The notes beneath the pieces are model-generated. The model was not told the DNA's origin. It was given only the letters and a program-made list of their open reading frames with translations, and searched no databases. A program made the translations under genes and the position numbers. Below are positions 18,451 to 24,000 of a DNA stretch of 24,000 bases, piece after piece. The stretch is from assembly GCA_019058275.1 (NCBI GenBank), contig JAHLVW010000061.1, positions 3,656 to 27,655 on the forward strand, given 5' to 3'. The DNA comes from Candidatus Heimdallarchaeota archaeon. Lineage in GTDB: Archaea > Asgardarchaeota > Heimdallarchaeia > JABLTI01. Within the stretch, counting starts at the first letter, position 1; each line of letters begins with the position of its first letter.

Positions 18451-18936
18451 TTGAAAGTAGTTGTAATTTATTATTCAAAAACTGGAAATACTAAGAGTAT
18501 AGCAGAAGTAATTGCTAAAAGAAGTAAAGCAAAAATCCAACCAATTAACTTAGTTGAGAAAAAAGGGAGAGGAACAGAAGAGGAGAGACAAAAAGAAGTA
18601 GAACTTTTCGAATTAGCTCTAAACGAAGGCAAATATGCTGATCTTTTGTTTATTGGAACATCTACAAGTTTCAAAAAAGCGCAGTCCAAAATCCGTCGAT
18701 TTGTAAAATTGGTTGAAACGAAAAGAATAGCATTGTTTTGCACTTATACGAAAGATTTAGGAATTACATTAACAGAATTAGAAGATATTTTGATTGAAAG
18801 AAATATAGAAGTTATCGGGAAACAGGAATTTGGAGGACTAAAAACAGGACAATATAAGGAATTAATTAATGAGGAAAAAGAGAAGTACATTGAAAAAGCA
18901 GAAAGATTTGCTGAATTTTGTCTTAAGAAAATATAG
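18451..18936 (+). CDS. Flavodoxin-family protein (paralog D, divergent)
   Basis: MKVVVIYYSKTGNTKSIAEVIA flavodoxin signature at the very N-terminus. TTG start. Confidence 0.7.
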   Translation: MKVVVIYYSKTGNTKSIAEVIAKRSKAKIQPINLVEKKGRGTEEERQKEVELFELALNEGKYADLLFIGTSTSFKKAQSKIRRFVKLVETKRIALFCTYTKDLGITLTELEDILIERNIEVIGKQEFGGLKTGQYKELINEEKEKYIEKAERFAEFCLKKI

Positions 18937-19016
18937 AAAGTAAATAAAACTTGATTTTTAATCTGAGTTTTGATTTTATAAAATCTAAGTAATCCATATT
19001 AGATTCAAAAGAAAAA

Positions 19017-19024
19017 TTTAAAAT
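19017..19024 (+). promoter_or_regulatory. Candidate archaeal TATA box (tttaaaat) upstream of tRNA-Gln
   Basis: Matches the TTTAWATA-like consensus ~29-36 nt upstream of the mature tRNA 5' end. The region is AT-rich, so chance matches are likely. Confidence 0.25.
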
Positions 19025-19052
19025 CAAGGTATAAACAATAAAACTAAAACAT

Positions 19053-19162
19053 AGACCCGTAGTCTAGCGGCCCAGGATAGGGGACTTTGAAAGAAGTCCC
19101 GATGCCTTGTTGGGGTTTCCAATAATCCCTTGACCAGAGTTCAAATCTCTGCGGGTCTACCA
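19053..19162 (+). tRNA. tRNA-Gln (anticodon UUG) with a ~34-nt intron (about 19091-19124) at or near position 37/38, and a genomically encoded CCA
   Basis: Hand fold. Acceptor AGACCCG/CGGGTCT. D arm GTCT-AGCGGCCCA-GGAT. Anticodon stem GGGGA/TCCCT with loop CTTTGAA after intron removal. Variable loop TGAC. T arm CAGAG-TTCAAAT-CTCTG. Discriminator A plus CCA. Intron GAAGTCCC pairs with GGGGTTTC, and 3-nt bulges flank a short central helix (relaxed bulge-helix-bulge). Confidence 0.9.
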
Positions 19163-19247
19163 TTTTATTCCATTTTTCTGTTATAATTGGGAATGCTAAA
19201 GCAAGTCTTTGTAATAATTCCGAGCTTCTAACGAAATCTTTGGATTT

Positions 19248-21311
19248 TCAGCTAATTATTGCTGTTACAGGCATATGATCAGATGAATGTGCATCTCTTA
19301 CTACTCTACAATCGATTAATGCAATATCAGATGAAACAAAGATTAAATCAATTCGATTAGTTGGATTTTGCCAATTGTTTGTATAACCATTGTAACCTTG
19401 ATCATCAATTCCTGTTGGCCAAACAGCAAACCAAGCATCATACAAAACAGTAGTAGTTAAATTGTATTGTTCTGTCCAAGGTATAAAATTAAAATCTCCT
19501 AGTAGAATAGTATTGTTTTTGTCTGTTGTTAATTCAACAATTTTTTCTGCTTGCTTTAATTTATCATTTTCATCTTCACCAAAATGTGTAACAAAAACAT
19601 TGTAAGTTATTGTTTCTATTGTTATTTGAGCTTCTATTGTTGCTGTTTGTTCTCCATCGCTAAACATATAATGTGTCACAGCATTTTCGATTGGATATTT
19701 TGATAACAAAGCAATTCCAAAAGTTCCCGTTACTGTTTTTGGTCCGAAATATGAATATAAATGTAATTTGTTTGCTAGAAATCTGACTATATCTCCATTT
19801 CCACTCGAGATTCTGCATGTGTCTGATTCCTGTAATCCAATTATATCAGCATCAATTCCTCTCAAATCAGCCAAAATTCCATCGAAGTTTAAGGTTCCAT
19901 AAATGTCAAAACCTTGTTGTATATTGAAAGTTACAACTTTTAATGAAGTTGGTATTCCCTGTGGTTCTTGTGGGAATGGCAAAGTAGCAATTGTACTAAC
20001 AATTGTTCCAATGAAAATAATGCTAACAATTGAAACTAAGATCTTTTTCCTTATTTTTGATGGAGAAAATGAAACAGTAAAACTGATCGATTCTTTCTTT
20101 ACAATTAAAACAGGTAACACTGCTGCCAATGCAACTATCATCATAACAAACCAATGTTTATCTCTGAAGAATGGTCCAACAATTGGGATGTAATCATAAG
20201 CTATTGTGAAGATATAACTGAAGATTGTTATTATGAAGAAGAATACACCTATTGAGAAACTCCCACCAATTTTTCTTATTGTTGGTTTACTCTTAATTAA
20301 TTCTCGAGTAAGTAGAGTGAAATCAATCAGAATAATAGGTGAAAGAATAATCATTACATATAGGAGCATTTGCTTAATGACAGTAAATTGTGGTTGATAA
20401 ACTACAAACATTATTGTATAGGTAATTACAAATAATCCATTCCATAACCATAGAATCCAAGGTTTTAAACTACCAATCAATTGTGGTTTAACTATTGCTA
20501 AAATTGTAAAAGTAGAAAACATTATGATTAGCAAAGTAACTATTGCGATATAATTCCCTTCAACTGATCTTGAAATAATAGATGGACTACTAAATGTAAA
20601 ATAAAGCAATACTAGAATACAGATTATCCCAAATGATAATCCAAGAATTTTACCAAATCCTCCATTTTTATTCTTAGTTTCAATTACCTCATTTGTAGAT
20701 TTACTTTCATTCAAATTACTTTCTTCCGAAACTGCATCAGAAACTACTAACTCAGATTTAGCAGTAAAAAGAAATCCAATAAGCATAAATGTAGCAATTA
20801 TTCCAAATATCCAACCAAAAATTTGAAACCACCTATAAGTGGTTATATCTAAGGTTGAACCAATAGCTCTAAAGAGAATTGATAAGATTAAACCAATAGC
20901 TGATCCGATTCCAAGGTTCAGAGCTTTCCTCTCAAGTTTATTTTCTTCAGAGTTATTTCCCTTAACTAAATAGGATGGAAGTAGTATCAAAAAAGATCCA
21001 ACACCAATACCAGCTATTATTGCTTTTAATGCAGCGATATTAATGAATACCTCAATCAATCTACAGATGATCATTAATTCTGCAAAAACTACCCATATAA
21101 GATTGGAGAAGTTCTTGAAAAACAAAAGAACAATTGGTGTAAGTAAAAATAAAATAATCAATACATAAGCATTTAACGACACTGTTAATAAGTTCAAAGC
21201 AAAAATAGAACCAACTAAATCAGTGATCAACTCAAAAAAGAATAGAAATATTATGCTCAGCAAAATAACTTCTGAGTAATTCTTCTTAAAAGAAGATTTT
21301 AAAGCAATCAT
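19248..21311 (-). CDS. Polytopic membrane protein (~12 TM) with a C-terminal endonuclease/exonuclease/phosphatase (EEP) domain
   Basis: The C-terminal ~230 aa carry EEP motifs: VVTFNIQQG, DIIGLQESD, GIALLSKYPI, LLGDFNF, RIDLIFVS, SDHMPV. The first ~450 aa are almost entirely hydrophobic helices. Confidence 0.8.
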   Translation of the reverse strand: MIALKSSFKKNYSEVILLSIIFLFFFELITDLVGSIFALNLLTVSLNAYVLIILFLLTPIVLLFFKNFSNLIWVVFAELMIICRLIEVFINIAALKAIIAGIGVGSFLILLPSYLVKGNNSEENKLERKALNLGIGSAIGLILSILFRAIGSTLDITTYRWFQIFGWIFGIIATFMLIGFLFTAKSELVVSDAVSEESNLNESKSTNEVIETKNKNGGFGKILGLSFGIICILVLLYFTFSSPSIISRSVEGNYIAIVTLLIIMFSTFTILAIVKPQLIGSLKPWILWLWNGLFVITYTIMFVVYQPQFTVIKQMLLYVMIILSPIILIDFTLLTRELIKSKPTIRKIGGSFSIGVFFFIITIFSYIFTIAYDYIPIVGPFFRDKHWFVMMIVALAAVLPVLIVKKESISFTVSFSPSKIRKKILVSIVSIIFIGTIVSTIATLPFPQEPQGIPTSLKVVTFNIQQGFDIYGTLNFDGILADLRGIDADIIGLQESDTCRISSGNGDIVRFLANKLHLYSYFGPKTVTGTFGIALLSKYPIENAVTHYMFSDGEQTATIEAQITIETITYNVFVTHFGEDENDKLKQAEKIVELTTDKNNTILLGDFNFIPWTEQYNLTTTVLYDAWFAVWPTGIDDQGYNGYTNNWQNPTNRIDLIFVSSDIALIDCRVVRDAHSSDHMPVTAIIS

Positions 21312-21449
21312 TTCAATCTCCTGTTTATATCAATTTTATAATCTTCTTCTATAAAATTAGTTTTTTGCTATTAAAATAGCTTTTAGAGCAACATTATATT
21401 TCTTGTAAAAGCAATTTATAAAGAAAGATTTGAATTTAAAATAAAAATC

Positions 21450-21471
21450 AATGCAGGATTGCTCCTGCATT
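21450..21471 (-). terminator. 9-bp hairpin (aatgcagga / ttgc / tcctgcatt), followed on the minus strand by TTTTTATTTT
   Basis: Located 29 nt downstream of the minus-strand stop at 21500. Stem and T-tract were read directly. Confidence 0.45.
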
Positions 21472-21499
21472 TAGCTTCTAATTAATACTCCAAAACAAA

Positions 21500-21892
21500 T
21501 TACTTCTCTTTATACTTAGCAGCTTCATTTTTAAACCATTTAACAACTGAATCAGGTATTTTGAAATCCACTTCTTCTTTCTTTTCTTCTTCTTTTTGAA
21601 ACCATTTAATTATAGTGTCGGGCATTTTGAACTCTTTCTTTTCTTCCTCTTCTTTCTCTTTCTTAGAGACTTGACTAAGACTAATTAGAACCAAAATCCC
21701 AAGTATAATATTAAAGACTAATAGTGTGGGAGTTGCTAGAAGAATTATTGTTGTCTTATCACTGACTAATGACGCAGCATCACCCCAGGTTACTAGACCC
21801 CAGATGACAAAAGTGTCATATGCACCTTGAATTGCAAAAAGAAATAGAAAACCAATAAATTTAGATAATCTGTTCATTGTAAAACCAACCAT
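21500..21892 (-). CDS. Small membrane protein (3 TM) with a duplicated charged C-terminal motif
   Basis: Hydrophobic N-terminal two thirds. C-terminal EFKMPDTIIKWFQKEEEKKE and DFKIPDSVVKWFKNEAAKYKE form a tandem duplication. Confidence 0.5.
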   Translation of the reverse strand: MVGFTMNRLSKFIGFLFLFAIQGAYDTFVIWGLVTWGDAASLVSDKTTIILLATPTLLVFNIILGILVLISLSQVSKKEKEEEEKKEFKMPDTIIKWFQKEEEKKEEVDFKIPDSVVKWFKNEAAKYKEK

Positions 21893-22182
21893 ATATAAGT
21901 TAATTATGATTTTCTCTTTGAATTATATAGGATTTTCTCTTTACTTTATTTAGGTTTCACAAAATACTTTGCTAATTCTTTTCCTTTTTACTAGTCATTG
22001 TTTTGAAAGAAAGATTTTTCATATAAAAACTTGCATCTATTTTTGAAGAGTGTTATTTTGTCTTTCGATTATAAGAAGCATCTTGATAAAGTTAATCAAC
22101 ACATTATCCATTGAAATTTCAAAGAAGTTTTAAACGTAATTGAAAAGAATATCGAGAAATAAAATATTAATAGTGGACAACA

Positions 22183-22719
22183 ATGAGTCAAGAAAAGTGT
22201 GAATTTTGTAATAGTGAATTAGTTACTGTAAAAGGTGAATTAATTTGCACTACTTGTGGGCTTGTTAATAAACAGGCTATTGATAATAAGGAGAAATTTA
22301 TTTCACCAAGCTTTTTTCAAGAAAGAAAACTAAAACAAGAAAGAGTTAATGATCAACGAAAGTTTACAATCAATCACATGCGTAAAGAAATGGCTTATAT
22401 AGCCAACTATCTTGATTTATCAAATGCTGTACAAAATCAAGCCTATTTGATAATTCTTGATATTCTAAAGAGAGAACGAAAAATAGCTCCCAATTTCCCT
22501 TGGCATATAAACACTCAAAATTCAGATTTTAATTGTCTTATAGCTCTAAGTATTCTAGTAGCAATAAAAAAAGTTGTAGGTGAATTTAAGCAAATAGCTG
22601 GTATATTGGAATTTTATAGAACTAGAGGGGAAGAATTGTCATTAAATGATATAAAGACCTTTTCTAATAATTTGTTTTCTAAATATGATTATCTAGATGG
22701 TTTATTGAGCTTAGAATAA
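22183..22719 (+). CDS. Short TFB/TFIIB-like protein (zinc ribbon plus a single cyclin-like region)
   Basis: N-terminal CEFCNSELVTVKGELICTTCGLV is the TFIIB-type C-x2-C-x15-C-x2-C ribbon. The remainder is helical, with a TFB-core-like segment (MAYIANYLDLSNAVQNQAYLII). At 178 aa it is far shorter than canonical TFB (~300 aa). Confidence 0.55.
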   Translation: MSQEKCEFCNSELVTVKGELICTTCGLVNKQAIDNKEKFISPSFFQERKLKQERVNDQRKFTINHMRKEMAYIANYLDLSNAVQNQAYLIILDILKRERKIAPNFPWHINTQNSDFNCLIALSILVAIKKVVGEFKQIAGILEFYRTRGEELSLNDIKTFSNNLFSKYDYLDGLLSLE

Positions 22720-22812
22720 TCCAAACCATTAATCTATAATTCACCATCCAACAAATATTTTAGGAAAACACATTAGATTGTTATTTAGATATTTTAGCAA
22801 TTAGCTTTAGAA

Positions 22813-23529
22813 TTATTCTGTTGTTAATTTTGCTAATTGTTCTTTCACTATATCTTCAATCTTCTCAATTGGAGCCATAACAAAGAGACATTCTTTATCA
22901 CCTTTTGCTCTACATGTTATCTCCCTTGCATTTAATTCAATGCCAAAACTTTCGCTACACCAGCCAGATGAGTATCCAGCATTCATTATACAGACAGGAA
23001 TACTCGAGATATTTCCCCTTGATAGAATATATGAGTCAGCTTCAAAAGATTGAGGATGAGTTTACATTAGGAAATAATTCACATCTGGAGTTGGATTAGA
23101 TTCAGGTTTTATATCTACGTTTGCCCAACCAGTATAAGCAAAATGAATTGGTCCTGCAGATAGCTTATTAATTGGATCATCAAAACCCATTGAAAGATGG
23201 AATTTTTTAGCATCTGATTTTCCTAATGATTTTGCCATTTGATAGATAAGCTTAACAGCTAATGGATTATTTATTCCACCATCTAAATCTAGCTGAGAAA
23301 CTAATGATTCAGGAAATCCAAACCTCATTGAAGAAGCTCGCACCAGAATATATCTTTCTCCTCCAATCAGAATTCTACCAGTTTTTGGATCCCATTCAAG
23401 TGTATCAAAAAACTTTGCTACTTTTTTTTCAGCTTCAATGAATTGTTCCTTGAATTCATCTGGAACTTTAACTGTTTCTAATTCCTTGAATTTTTTGATT
23501 TTCTTTTTCTTATTAGAAATTCTCTTCAA
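22813..23529 (-). pseudogene. V4R (4-vinyl reductase-type) domain protein interrupted by TAA 23062-23064
   Basis: Track ORF 23062-23529 ends ...DVNYFLM*. Hand translation continues in the same frame as THPQSFEADSYILSRGNISSIPVCIMNAGYSSGWCSESFGIELNAREITCRAKGDKECLFVMAP...TTE* (stop 22813-22815). This carries the V4R C-terminal signature G-x-x-x-G-W...E-x-x-C-x-A-x-G-D-x-x-C-x-F. Confidence 0.7.
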
Positions 23530-24000
23530 TTCTCTGAAACCTCAAAAAAATCATTATATGGTGTTTTTAAAGAGCCTAGTTTTTCTTTTAATGTACTTAA
23601 ATTGACTTCAGGTTCTTTATAACCTAATGTATTTAATTTAAAATCCAAATAAACTGTGAATTGATGTGGACAAACATCACCCTTGAAAATCTTATGTTCA
23701 ATAATATTCAATTTAGAGTATTTCTCATTTATTGATATCAGGTTTTTATTAGAGCAAATTGGACAAGTAATAGTTGCTTTGTTTTTTAAGTGAGGGCTTT
23801 CAATAAGACCTAATCTTATTGATTCTTTTACTAATTGATCTAATTTTTCTAGAAATTCAGGAGTGAATTCATCTGATATATAATGCATTTTAACAATATC
23901 ACTTAGATTTCTCAAAGTTTCTGATAGATATGAAGCATTATCATAAATCCACTTTCGTTTTTCTCTTTCGAATATTGTTGATATTGTAAATCGCTTTTCT
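23526..24000 (-). CDS. Cys-containing (CPIC...CPH) protein of unknown function, 5'-truncated by the window edge
   Basis: The frame stays open from the track start (TTG 23915) up to position 23999 (…EKRFTISTIFEREKRKWIYDNASYLSETL-RNLSD…). Its stop overlaps the V4R ATG (ATGA, 23526-23529). Confidence 0.5.
   Translation of the reverse strand, partial: EKRFTISTIFEREKRKWIYDNASYLSETLRNLSDIVKMHYISDEFTPEFLEKLDQLVKESIRLGLIESPHLKNKATITCPICSNKNLISINEKYSKLNIIEHKIFKGDVCPHQFTVYLDFKLNTLGYKEPEVNLSTLKEKLGSLKTPYNDFFEVSEN

Noticed and set aside
4459-23099. Track ORFs antisense to, or nested in, well-supported genes: 4459-4782, 4984-5286, 5535-5756, 7238-7447, 9042-9248, 10587-10850, 14122-14433, 14965-15213, 15778-15960, 18471-18743, 19903-20193, 22905-23099.
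   Set aside because: Each lies entirely opposite a gene with clear family motifs. Their translations are low-complexity (rich in F/L/S/I/K), as expected for shadow frames in AT-rich DNA, and none carries a recognisable motif.
1-24000. Global genetic-code change (TGA=Trp, TAA/TAG=Gln or similar).
   Set aside because: TAA, TAG and TGA all terminate conserved genes at the family-typical C-terminus. GlnRS ends with TAA, the methylase with TGA, and flavodoxin A and the beta-helix protein with TAG. Long housekeeping genes rich in Trp and Gln have no internal stops. TAG at a Trp site does not fit any single known code. Site-specific readthrough remains open in the findings.
19163-24000. Integrated mobile element using tRNA-Gln as an attachment site (tRNA followed by poorly characterised genes and a TFB-like gene).
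   Set aside because: There is no integrase or recombinase gene. I could find no direct repeat of the tRNA 3' end elsewhere in the window, and no clear compositional break by eye. The right end is outside the window, so it cannot be fully excluded.
1-24000. CRISPR arrays, IS elements/transposases, rRNA genes, toxin-antitoxin pairs or recognisable defence-system genes.
   Set aside because: No regularly spaced direct repeats, terminal inverted repeats with a transposase ORF, rRNA-like conserved sequence or defence-associated motif (nuclease/ATPase/reverse transcriptase) was seen on either strand.

Overview
AT-rich window (about 30% GC by eye, not computed) that looks archaeal. Evidence: a tRNA-Gln(UUG) with an A1-U72 pair and a ~34-nt intron at the anticodon loop, a TFB-type zinc-ribbon protein, and a NOL1/NOP2/Sun methylase. 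Several eukaryote-like membrane proteins suggest an Asgard-type host, but that is inference only. I support about 27 protein-coding loci and one tRNA. I found no rRNA, CRISPR array, transposase or integrase. Main contents: (i) a compact tusA / dsrE-like / iscS-like / iscU-DUF59 fusion / ferredoxin operon (4179-7009). Its IscS homolog has lost the PLP-binding Lys and a PLP-stacking His but keeps the persulfide Cys. Directly repeated 3' ends of flavodoxin-like paralogs bracket the operon. (ii) A true GlnRS (13115-15037) whose N-terminal extension resembles the archaeal GluRS N-terminus. (iii) Surface and membrane proteins: a 7-repeat propeller-like protein, a ConA-like protein, a beta-helix protein, a membrane-anchored RING-like protein, an HGSNAT/DUF1624-like protein and a polytopic EEP-phosphoesterase protein. 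(iv) An unusual number of disrupted genes. Four loci carry 6 in-frame stops in total and one more carries 2 frameshifts. Every stop is one GC->AT transition from a sense codon, and two stops sit on conserved Trp positions. Decay of accessory genes is the most economical explanation; recoding is considered but not favoured. All functional calls come from motif recognition by eye and no database search was possible.
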